Shown one piece after another: positions 30,365 to 39,288 of a DNA stretch of 64,000 nucleotides. The DNA comes from Xenorhabdus szentirmaii DSM 16338 (GTDB taxonomy: Bacteria > Pseudomonadota > Gammaproteobacteria > Enterobacterales > Enterobacteriaceae): positions 476,595-540,594 of the forward strand of contig NZ_NIBV01000001.1 in assembly GCF_002632585.1 (NCBI RefSeq), written 5' to 3'. How positions within the stretch are numbered: the stretch's first letter is position 1; each line of letters starts with the position of its first letter. The position numbers and the translations under genes are program-made. The notes below the pieces were generated by a model. The model ran no database searches and was not told where the DNA came from. It worked only from the letters and a program-made list of their open reading frames with translations.

Positions 30365-31900
30365 ATGAATTGGTTTAAAAGATTAAAGATCTCCAAATAT
30401 GCCATTCCGGCCAAACCATTTGTCGATAGAAAAATAGAATTGCTGAAAATACCGTTTGCCAAGTACGATCAGGCAGCATTGAAAGGATTTATTCCACTCA
30501 CCGGCATTGATGATGATGTCTGCTCCATACAACGTGCAGGACAGAGTTTACACTATGAATTCCTCTGCTTTTCTCTCGTTATTTTATCTCTGATTTTTGG
30601 CTTATTTTATTATACGGCCTTTGAAGAACAGCAATTGAATCATTATAAAAAAATTAAAGCTCAAGTGACGCTGGCCAAGAAAAAATACGGAGAACACTAT
30701 TATCTTCTGCCGACTTTACCTGAGAATATGGCGTTTGCACGGTATGTCGACGATGAAAAAACACGTTCTTTCTGGACTGAGCTTCATTATCGCTACAGTT
30801 ACTCTGAACATAAACTGACATACCAGATCCTCAATATTTTGATGTTCCTCCTGCTTCTGATCTGTTTTTCGCTTCCTTTTTATCTCTATTATTTCCATCC
30901 GCTTCCCCCACCACTCTTTATTGATCGAAAACGTCAGATTATTTTTACTTGGCATAAAGGAAACGTTTTTGTTTCCCGTTATTCTCAGGTCAATATGTTT
31001 CAGTATGACTACAAAATAGCAGAAACTAAATTAATCACAGCATTAGGGCTATATACTCAGGATAAAAATCAAAAGTTGCTTCAATATCTGTTTCGCCCCA
31101 ATGTGCTCATCTCACTTAATGAGACAGATATCAGAAAGAAGGCACTGGCTCCCTATATTTTTATGGTTCAATACCTTTGCAACGGCAAAGAGGCTATCGC
31201 CGAGAGTTGTTATGGGTTAATTAAACCTTCTCGTTTTTGGCGCGAAGAAAGAAAACCCGGTGATTTTGATAAACAAATGGCCCGTATTCTTGCCGCGTTA
31301 GATGCAGGAGAAACCGCGCCCTCCCCCTCTCTTGCAACAAAATCCTCATCACTATCCGCATATTTGTCCCATACTTATCTCATTGACGCAGAAAAGGCGT
31401 TATTGGAAATGCCCATGAAACCCAAAAATCGGCGGGAATTAAAGGCATTTGCGCCCTTAAAAAGTATCAATGACAGATATTGTGTTCTGCGCAGCCGCCG
31501 GCCTGTCCTGCGATTTTCGTTATTATTTCTGGCGCTGTTGCTGTGTATTCTCGTTTTTAACCACAATGTTGAGAATTACAACCGAACAAAAGGCTGGGAA
31601 GAGCCAGAGATCCTGAAGGACGTGCAAAGCGTAAGAATAGAGTACGGCGATAATTTTCACTTGCGGGATGACCTTTCCCCTTCACTGGACGGGCTTAAAT
31701 TTATCAATGGCCTGGGGCTGAATGTCGATGATCCCCTTCCTGACTGGGCTTATCTCTATTATCGCTTGCATTATCATTATCTCGGTGAAAATACTTACAC
31801 TGTCTCCGACTATGCAGAAAAATTCGGGATGTTTTTGTTTTTTTATTCCTTTTATTCTCTATTTTGGTTTCTTTTGGCGCGAACATTTAACAGTCATTGA
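30365..31900 (+). CDS. Polytopic membrane protein of unknown family, with a 2-TM unit plus an IDRKRQIIFTW...RYSQV module.
   Basis: 511 aa. Hydrophobic helices at about residues 66-90 and 160-185 are followed by a conserved module shared with the downstream paralog. Confidence 0.55.
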   Translation: MNWFKRLKISKYAIPAKPFVDRKIELLKIPFAKYDQAALKGFIPLTGIDDDVCSIQRAGQSLHYEFLCFSLVILSLIFGLFYYTAFEEQQLNHYKKIKAQVTLAKKKYGEHYYLLPTLPENMAFARYVDDEKTRSFWTELHYRYSYSEHKLTYQILNILMFLLLLICFSLPFYLYYFHPLPPPLFIDRKRQIIFTWHKGNVFVSRYSQVNMFQYDYKIAETKLITALGLYTQDKNQKLLQYLFRPNVLISLNETDIRKKALAPYIFMVQYLCNGKEAIAESCYGLIKPSRFWREERKPGDFDKQMARILAALDAGETAPSPSLATKSSSLSAYLSHTYLIDAEKALLEMPMKPKNRRELKAFAPLKSINDRYCVLRSRRPVLRFSLLFLALLLCILVFNHNVENYNRTKGWEEPEILKDVQSVRIEYGDNFHLRDDLSPSLDGLKFINGLGLNVDDPLPDWAYLYYRLHYHYLGENTYTVSDYAEKFGMFLFFYSFYSLFWFLLARTFNSH

Positions 31901-32315
31901 TCGTGAACGGCAAATCATCTTTACCTGGGGCCTCTTTCAGGTTCATGCAACACGTTATTCACAAGTTAAATTTAATTATTGGAATGAACATTTTCCCCGA
32001 CAAATACCCGTTGGGATCAAACTCTTCAACTGTCATATGTCCCCTAAGGCCCTTCAATGGTATGTCGGTCTATTTCCACAATGGCAATGGAAAAAATGGC
32101 GGTGGAGAAAACGCCCTGCGCAAATTGAAATCTGTTCATTTATCGTTAAGTTCTTAGTGCATGGCAAAGATGCCGTCAGCGAAGTCGATTTCGAACGCCC
32201 TGAAGGATATATCTGGTCACATACCAGACAACCGACAGATACAGAATCCACAATTAAAGATACATTGGAAAAACAGGATAGCCATCTGGCAACGGAAGAG
32301 GCGGATAACTCATAG
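31722..32315 (+). CDS. Shorter paralog with two TM helices plus the IDRERQIIFTW...RYSQV module. It overlaps the upstream gene by 179 nt in another frame.
   Basis: 197 aa. The module is conserved with the upstream gene. Confidence 0.5.
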   Translation: MSMIPFLTGLISIIACIIIISVKILTLSPTMQKNSGCFCFFIPFILYFGFFWREHLTVIDRERQIIFTWGLFQVHATRYSQVKFNYWNEHFPRQIPVGIKLFNCHMSPKALQWYVGLFPQWQWKKWRWRKRPAQIEICSFIVKFLVHGKDAVSEVDFERPEGYIWSHTRQPTDTESTIKDTLEKQDSHLATEEADNS

Positions 32316-32410
32316 AAACCGTTTTAGTGCATTCAGAATGAAAATGGTGTCGCTAATCAGCCCGGCTAAGCCGGGCCAGAATGGGTGTTTTTCTGATTAT
32401 TGATTAACCA

Positions 32411-34729
32411 TTAGATAAGGCGAGAAAATTTAGATTTATCCTGTTCAGTGAGAGACAGTTTCACTGGCACAGATTTTGACGTGGGTGTGCCGGTTCCATC
32501 CCCAATACTTTCCATTGGGACTAAAGGGTTCGTTTCAGGGTAGTAAGCGGCGAGGTTCCCACGGGGAATGGAATAAGGCACTAATTTGAAGCCAAACACT
32601 TTACGCGGGACTCCGTCATTCCATATTGTTTCGATATCCACCAAATCACCGGCCTGATAGCCCGATTGTGCAATATCTTCCGGGTTCATAAATAACACTT
32701 CCCGTTGCCCGTAAACCCCACGGTACCGGTCATCCAAACCATAAATGGTGGTGTTGTACTGGTCATGGGAACGCAAGGTCTGCAATGTGAAAGGAACGTC
32801 TGCAAGTGCAATTTGGGGAAATAAGGTGTTCGGCAGAGCCGCATGGCTGAATTCTGCTTTTTGGCTTGCCGTTGCAAAGCGTAATTCCGCCGCCGCATTC
32901 CCGAGATAAAACCCTCCCGCTTGTTCACATTTTTTATTGAAATCATCAAATCCGGGGATGGTTGCTGCAATATGGTCGCGGATTTTATTGTAATCACCCG
33001 CCAGTTCCAGCCAGTTAATCGTTTCGAGATGACCAACCGTTGCGTCAGCAATACCTGCAATAATTGAGGTTTCAGAACGCTGGGTATCAAACAGCGGTTT
33101 ATTCACGCCTTCTGACGCATGAACCATACTGAAAGAGTCTTCTACTGTCACAAATTGTGGGCCGGTAGCCTGAATATCCCGTTCGGTACGCCCCAACGTT
33201 GGCAGGATAAGCGCCCCTTTTTTGCCCGTAACCAGATGACTCCGGTTTAGTTTTGTACTGATATGCACGGTCAGATCGCAATGTTTCAACGCTTCTTCGG
33301 TGCGCGGGCTATCCGGCGCTGCCGCCGCAAGGTTTCCACCCAATGCAATCAACACCTTAACCTCATCACGCAACATCGCACTCAGGGCTTCCACAACGTT
33401 ATGCCCGTGGGCACGGGGAGGTTCGAATCCAAAATGGGCGGCCAAGCTATCCAAGAAAGGCTTGTTGGGTTGTTCATTAATCCCCATCGTCCGATTGCCC
33501 TGCACATTACTGTGACCGCGCACGGGGCAAAGCCCTGCACCGGGTTTCCCCAACTGACCAAACAACAATTGCAAATTGACTATTTCACGCACGGTCGCCA
33601 AAGAGTGTTTATGTTGAGTGATCCCCATTGCCCAAGTGCAAATCACACGCTCTGCGTTCTGGTAAATCGCCGCCGCTTCCCGCAACTGTGTTTCAGACAA
33701 TCCGGATTGAGCCTCAATAAACGACCATTCTGTCTCAGCGACTTCTTGCAAGTAGGCTTCCACACCTTTGGTATAAGTGTTAATAAACTCCCTATCAAAA
33801 ATGCCCGGTTGACCATCAGCCAGCCGTGCATTATGCGTTTCCAGAAGCGCCTTAACCATTCCCCGCACCGCGGCCATATCACCACCTAATTTAGGTTGGT
33901 AGTAGCGATGGCTAATTTCTCCCGCCCTTGAAGTCACCACTTCAAGGGGTTTTTGTGGATCTGCGAAACGTTCCAAACCTCGTTCACGCAATGTATTGAA
34001 GGTCACAATGCGCGCTCCGTGTTCAGCCGCATGTCTCAGGCTATGCAGCATTCGCGGGTGGTTTGTGCCGGGGTTCTGGCCAAAGACAAAAATGGCATCC
34101 GCATGATCGAAATCTTGCAGCCGGATTGTTCCTTTCCCCACCCCCAAGCTTTGTAACATGCCGAAACCGCTGGCTTCATGGCACATGTTGGAACAATCAG
34201 GGAAGTTATTCGTTCCCAGCACGCGGCCAAACAACTGGTACAGCCATGAGGCTTCATTACTGGCTCGGCCAGAAGTATAGAGCTCAAGCTGATCGGGATT
34301 ATCCATCGCATTGATATGGCAGGCGATCAGCGCAAAAGCGTCATCCCAGCTAATCGGCTCATAGTGATCCGTTTGTGGGTTGTAGCTCAACGGCTCAACA
34401 ACCCGCCCTTGATATTCAAGGAAATAATCACTTTGCTGGTAAAGTTTACTGACGCTGTGAGTTGCAAAAAATGTCCGATCAATATAGCGGTGGGTTGCTT
34501 CCCATGTGACCGCCTTAGCGCCATTTTCACAAAAACTGAACAGGCTTTTATTATCATCTCCCCATGCACATCCCGGACAATCAAAGCCTTTGGGCTTGTT
34601 CATGCGCATCAGGTTAACCATATTTTTCAGGGCTTGTTTGCTATCAAAGACAAAGCGGGTTGTTGCCTCCAGTGATCCCCAACCACCAGCCGCTGAGTGG
34701 TAAGGTTTTATTTTGGATTTGAATTTCAT
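32411..34729 (-). CDS. YdeP/FdhF-like molybdopterin oxidoreductase alpha subunit.
   Basis: 772 aa with an N-terminal Cys cluster DCPGCAWGD and molybdopterin oxidoreductase family architecture. Confidence 0.75.
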   Translation of the reverse strand: MKFKSKIKPYHSAAGGWGSLEATTRFVFDSKQALKNMVNLMRMNKPKGFDCPGCAWGDDNKSLFSFCENGAKAVTWEATHRYIDRTFFATHSVSKLYQQSDYFLEYQGRVVEPLSYNPQTDHYEPISWDDAFALIACHINAMDNPDQLELYTSGRASNEASWLYQLFGRVLGTNNFPDCSNMCHEASGFGMLQSLGVGKGTIRLQDFDHADAIFVFGQNPGTNHPRMLHSLRHAAEHGARIVTFNTLRERGLERFADPQKPLEVVTSRAGEISHRYYQPKLGGDMAAVRGMVKALLETHNARLADGQPGIFDREFINTYTKGVEAYLQEVAETEWSFIEAQSGLSETQLREAAAIYQNAERVICTWAMGITQHKHSLATVREIVNLQLLFGQLGKPGAGLCPVRGHSNVQGNRTMGINEQPNKPFLDSLAAHFGFEPPRAHGHNVVEALSAMLRDEVKVLIALGGNLAAAAPDSPRTEEALKHCDLTVHISTKLNRSHLVTGKKGALILPTLGRTERDIQATGPQFVTVEDSFSMVHASEGVNKPLFDTQRSETSIIAGIADATVGHLETINWLELAGDYNKIRDHIAATIPGFDDFNKKCEQAGGFYLGNAAAELRFATASQKAEFSHAALPNTLFPQIALADVPFTLQTLRSHDQYNTTIYGLDDRYRGVYGQREVLFMNPEDIAQSGYQAGDLVDIETIWNDGVPRKVFGFKLVPYSIPRGNLAAYYPETNPLVPMESIGDGTGTPTSKSVPVKLSLTEQDKSKFSRLI

Positions 34730-35226
34730 GAAAATCTCTATTTTTTTATGTCGTCGTCGACACCAAACTGGTCATTATTTATAAATAAACCAATTGGTTA
34801 CAGAAAAACCAATAACGCCGATTTCATCCATTGGCATTGGCGGATGACCACCGCAGCAATCATAGGGGCGAACCAAGCAGCCATGCTTCGCGATAAAATC
34901 AGAAGCCAAACGATGACCACGTCTTGGTAATCATACTCCTATTCGCTTATTGTGGTAGTTATTCCATTGTTATGATGCGAAAAAACCGAACGTTAAGTGT
35001 AATCGTATTTCTGATTCGATTTATCGACATTTTTTGATATCGTTTAATAGTAAAAAAATAATATTATTAACTTCGTTTATATTTTTATATTAAAAAATAA
35101 TATTTAATGAAAATTGAATAACATGGGTATTTAAATTAAATAATATGCAAAAAATAAAGAACCATCACCTTATCCATAATTTATCCTAAACACCCATTTT
35201 AAAAGGCTCAGAATAGAACCTTGATA

Positions 35227-35586
35227 CTATGGCAGCATATTTTCAAAATAAATAGCTTCCGCTTCATATTCCTTTATCAGGCACCCGTTTTTTTCTGCTA
35301 TTTCCGCATCGGTATTGGCGGATTCAATCGTTTCCAGCAAGCATTTCTTCGCTATCATATTATCCCAGCTCGCTTCCAATTCTTTGATAAGCGCACTATT
35401 TTCCGGATTTAGCGTGATTGCATGTGCCACTGATTTGTCCTTCCTGCTCTGCAGGTTTTTCAGCTTGATTTCACTGTGATGATTGATGATTTCAAGCTGT
35501 TCCGCTTCCTTGCCATTAAAGGCAGCATAACTTGTGGATGCAGAAAGAAACAAAGAACTTAGTAACATGATTTTAATTGGATTCAT
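35227..35586 (-). CDS. Secreted DUF1311 (LprI-like) protein.
   Basis: Signal peptide and a two-Cys pattern of about 100 aa. Confidence 0.45.
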   Translation of the reverse strand: MNPIKIMLLSSLFLSASTSYAAFNGKEAEQLEIINHHSEIKLKNLQSRKDKSVAHAITLNPENSALIKELEASWDNMIAKKCLLETIESANTDAEIAEKNGCLIKEYEAEAIYFENMLP

Positions 35587-35789
35587 AGTGTTAAACTTTT
35601 ATCGTCATGTGCAATTTTTTGATATTATCAGGTGCCGATATATCACTGTTTCCTGCATTACCTTCTGCACTATTTCCAAACTGTTCCTGAATTTCAACCC
35701 ATCAAAATAAATTGCATTCAACCTATTTTATAAATTATTTCCTTCCTGATTTTCCTCAAAGATTATCAAAGAAGAAAATAGCGTTATTA

Positions 35790-37010
35790 TCATCCCCCAT
35801 GACTCACAATAAAATAAACAAATGTGCCCACGTAGTTACCAATCACATACCCCACCGTGCCAATCACCATAATCGGGCCAACCAGATTATTCCAGCCACG
35901 GCTGATAGCCATTGCCGCCGCCGTTGTTGGCCCGCCAATATTGGCGTTGCACGCAAGAATATTTTCTTCAAGGCTGAATTTAAATATTTTCCCTGCCGCA
36001 AAGGTCAGCATCAGGTTTATCATGGCAATGACAAACACAAAGCCAAACAGCAGAGGTGCATGGCTGAGGATGGCATGAACGGATGCCGGTATGCCAATCA
36101 CAACAAAAAACATGTAAATGGCATAAGTTCCCAGCTCTTGTGTGCCATTCAGTTTGCTGAATGTTTCTTTAAATATTGAAACGATAATAAACGTCACCGT
36201 GGTCAGGAGCAGGTATTTATCGGTGATCAGGCTGAAAATTAACTCCTGAAAAAGATTATTGGGTTGCCCCAACAGGGCTTTTGACCATGCTGAGAGATGA
36301 AATGACAACGCCACGATAAAGATTGACCATGCCAACGATGATGCTATGTCTTTCAGGGCGATATTTTTGGGCTGCCAATAGGCAGCTGCCATCGTTTGGG
36401 ATTTATCAAATGCGGGGCTATTTTCAACTTCATCTGTATAGGGACTGCCCCAGATATTTCTCGCCACTTTCCAGCCAGATAAGACTATCAGGATAATAAA
36501 ATAACCTGCCATCATAAAATTATCGGCGACGATGGTGGATACCACCATACCTTGGGATGTGTCCAGCTTGGCTGCCATTGCGACGAAGTTAACACCGCCC
36601 CCTGTGTAGGAAGCAGAAATCATGCCGCTGATTTTATCCAATTCAGGAATGTATGCCCTGAACAGGTGGAAAGCGATGATGGCTCCCGTCATGGTGGCAA
36701 TGGAAGAAATCAAAAACAGGATCAGCAGTCGCCCGCTTTCTCTGATAATGCGTTGTAAGTTGGTTTTAAATAACAGTAAAGGGATCGCCAGTGGCAGGAT
36801 ATATTCCCAGACAACATCATAGGCGGGGGCTTCGGCAGGAATGATATGCAGGTTTGAAGCCACAATTGCAATGATCAGGGCAATCACTGAACCCGGAATT
36901 TTAGATGCCCATTTGAAATGCTGTTCAGACAGAATGGCAGCCGCAACGGTCATCATAATAAAGGCCCAGAGCATCAATGAATTGTCGGCAGTGATAAGGG
37001 TGTTGATCAT
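35790..37010 (-). CDS. DUF819-family polytopic membrane protein.
   Basis: 406 aa with ASYTGGGVNFVA and CNANIGGPTTAAA motifs. Confidence 0.6.
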   Translation of the reverse strand: MINTLITADNSLMLWAFIMMTVAAAILSEQHFKWASKIPGSVIALIIAIVASNLHIIPAEAPAYDVVWEYILPLAIPLLLFKTNLQRIIRESGRLLILFLISSIATMTGAIIAFHLFRAYIPELDKISGMISASYTGGGVNFVAMAAKLDTSQGMVVSTIVADNFMMAGYFIILIVLSGWKVARNIWGSPYTDEVENSPAFDKSQTMAAAYWQPKNIALKDIASSLAWSIFIVALSFHLSAWSKALLGQPNNLFQELIFSLITDKYLLLTTVTFIIVSIFKETFSKLNGTQELGTYAIYMFFVVIGIPASVHAILSHAPLLFGFVFVIAMINLMLTFAAGKIFKFSLEENILACNANIGGPTTAAAMAISRGWNNLVGPIMVIGTVGYVIGNYVGTFVYFIVSHGG

Positions 37011-37052
37011 GGGATCTTGCCTAAGATGTTATTTTATCGATTACGCTATCGT

Positions 37053-37781
37053 CTATCGTGCCATGCTCGAGTCTACCGCACCATAAAGAGCCGTCTGATT
37101 TTTATAAAATGCCCATAAAGAATTGCCGTAATCATAATGCCACCATTCTGTCGGGTAATTGCTAAAGCCTGCTTGCGTCATGGCCTGATACAGTAATCGG
37201 CGATATAAGGTTGCCGGCATATTTTTGTCTGGATCGGCTTCTAATGCGACGGTATAAGAGCGCTCACTCACTTCATCAAATTCAGTCCCCAAGTTCAGGG
37301 CATGGCCCGTTTCCCGATCAAAAAGAGTGACATCAACCGCTCCTCCCGTTAAATGAGGGAGAACTTGATTCGCATCCACGGGGGCCGGAGCGACAAATTT
37401 CTGCAACATCCGTTGCTGTTCTTCAGGGGGCAAGCCGGCAAATTGCGCTGCAATATCTGCCTGCGTTTTCTCCTGCAATGCTTGCTGAACTTCCCGGGAG
37501 CGCCAGCCATCCAATATCAATAACCCTAAATGGTCAGGGAGCAGTTGTGATACCAGAGTCAATTTTTCCGCAACACTTTTCCTTACTAAGCCGTGTTCAA
37601 TCGAGCCTTTTATTCCATCCAGAAAATAGACCGGTTTCTGTTTTAACTTTTCCGTATCAGTAATGAAAACTAAAGGTTCATGGCATTCATGAATAGGGAT
37701 TTTATTAATGAGCGACCAGTCAGCATCTTTTTCCGGCACGATTTTTTCTGCGGGATTTTTATCTGTATCAATCTGCTTCAT
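37053..37781 (-). CDS. ddpX: D-alanyl-D-alanine dipeptidase (VanX/DdpX, M15D).
   Basis: DGWRSREVQ, HLTGGAVDV and EWWHY motifs. Confidence 0.8.
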   Translation of the reverse strand: MKQIDTDKNPAEKIVPEKDADWSLINKIPIHECHEPLVFITDTEKLKQKPVYFLDGIKGSIEHGLVRKSVAEKLTLVSQLLPDHLGLLILDGWRSREVQQALQEKTQADIAAQFAGLPPEEQQRMLQKFVAPAPVDANQVLPHLTGGAVDVTLFDRETGHALNLGTEFDEVSERSYTVALEADPDKNMPATLYRRLLYQAMTQAGFSNYPTEWWHYDYGNSLWAFYKNQTALYGAVDSSMAR

Positions 37782-38050
37782 TTTTCAACCTGCTATTTTG
37801 AGAGGTACGATTTGAAACCTGTGAAATAGGGTATCAATCACTATCCAATTCGTTATCGTTATGTTTGAACACGGTACATTTTAAGAAAGATTTTCACAGA
37901 TTAACAACAAAAGCCGATGCCATTAAATTTTATTTAATCAATAGGTTAAATCATCTTTAAAATTAAAAGGTTAATCAGATGAAATGCCAAATGGTCTGTG
38001 ACAGAATAAGGCGTTTTCCTTGATCCTCCTAATATTTGGAATGACACAAC

Positions 38051-38515
38051 ATGACCCAAGATCATCAACTACAAGTAGAAGCCATTAAATGTGGCACCGT
38101 TATCGACCACATTCCAGCTCATGTCGGCTTTAAGTTATTATCGCTGTTCAAACTGACTGAAACAGACCAGCGCATTACCATCGGCCTGAATCTGCCTTCC
38201 AATCATTTGGGCAGAAAGGATCTGATCAAGATTGAAAATACTTTCCTGACGGAACAGCAGGCAAACCAGCTCGCTATATATGCTCCCCATGCCACAATCA
38301 ATAATATTGAAAACTATGTTGTGGTTAATAAGATGCCAATCAATCTGCCAGAATGCATCGACAGTATTCTTGTTTGCCCAAACAGCAACTGCATCAGTCA
38401 CAATGAGCCGGTCAACAGCAGTTTCCGCGTGCTGAAAGCAAAAAATGATGTTGTACTGCTTTGTAAATATTGTGAAAAAGAATTTGATCGCCAAGCCGTT
38501 ATCAAGAACGACTAA
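38051..38515 (+). CDS. pyrI: Aspartate carbamoyltransferase regulatory subunit.
   Basis: Collinear with E. coli PyrI, including the Zn Cys cluster CPNSNCISH...CKYCE. Confidence 0.95.
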   Translation: MTQDHQLQVEAIKCGTVIDHIPAHVGFKLLSLFKLTETDQRITIGLNLPSNHLGRKDLIKIENTFLTEQQANQLAIYAPHATINNIENYVVVNKMPINLPECIDSILVCPNSNCISHNEPVNSSFRVLKAKNDVVLLCKYCEKEFDRQAVIKND

Positions 38516-38662
38516 TCGTCAGCCTAAACTGCCATGCGCAGCTAATACAGCGATAGCTCAAACCCGTATAGTCAAATCCGGTATCAATTGATACCGGATT
38601 TGAGATCACTATAATGGCGATCTCATCGAATTTTTTACTCAGACGCTAAACAGGAGTTTCTA

Positions 38663-39049
38663 ATGTCACGTTCTATTCATACCGATAATGCCCCAGCGGC
38701 AATTGGCCCTTATGTTCAGGGTGTTGATCTTGGCAGTATGGTGATCACTTCCGGTCAGATCCCTGTCGATCCGAAAACCGGTGCTATCCCTGACGATATT
38801 ACCGCTCAAGCCCGCCAGTCTCTGAAAAATGTGAAAGCGATCATCGAGCAATCTGGCCTGAAAGTCGCTGATATCGTAAAAACCACTGTGTTCGTTAAAG
38901 ATCTGAACGACTTTGCAACAGTAAATGCGGCTTATGAAGCATTCTTTAATGAGCATAATGCGCCATTCCCTGCACGTTCATGTGTTGAAGTGGCCCGTCT
39001 GCCAAAAGATGTGAAAATCGAAATCGAAGCGATGGCTGTCCGCCGCTGA
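38663..39049 (+). CDS. ridA: Enamine/imine deaminase RidA.
   Basis: 128 aa in the YjgF family. It is downstream of pyrI as in E. coli. Confidence 0.9.
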   Translation: MSRSIHTDNAPAAIGPYVQGVDLGSMVITSGQIPVDPKTGAIPDDITAQARQSLKNVKAIIEQSGLKVADIVKTTVFVKDLNDFATVNAAYEAFFNEHNAPFPARSCVEVARLPKDVKIEIEAMAVRR

Positions 39050-39061
39050 TTTCTGTTTTCC

Positions 39062-39098
39062 ACAACCCTGAACATATTTGTGTCAGGGTTGTTATTTC
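39062..39098 (+). terminator. Rho-independent terminator of ridA.
   Basis: ACAACCCTGAacatatttgtgTCAGGGTTGTtatttc. Confidence 0.7.
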
Positions 39099-39288
39099 GG
39101 GCCAGCCATTTTTCTTTTTCCTTCCCTCTTTTCCCTTTTCCTGACAATTTTCCTTTTCTTTGTCTCAGATCAACTTTGTGGGTGGTATATTGGATTAAAA
39201 AATCCATATATTGTGCTTAAATATTTAAACACACCTATATATAGTGTTTATGCACAAGATTATCCACATATAACCAAAACACGCTGTC

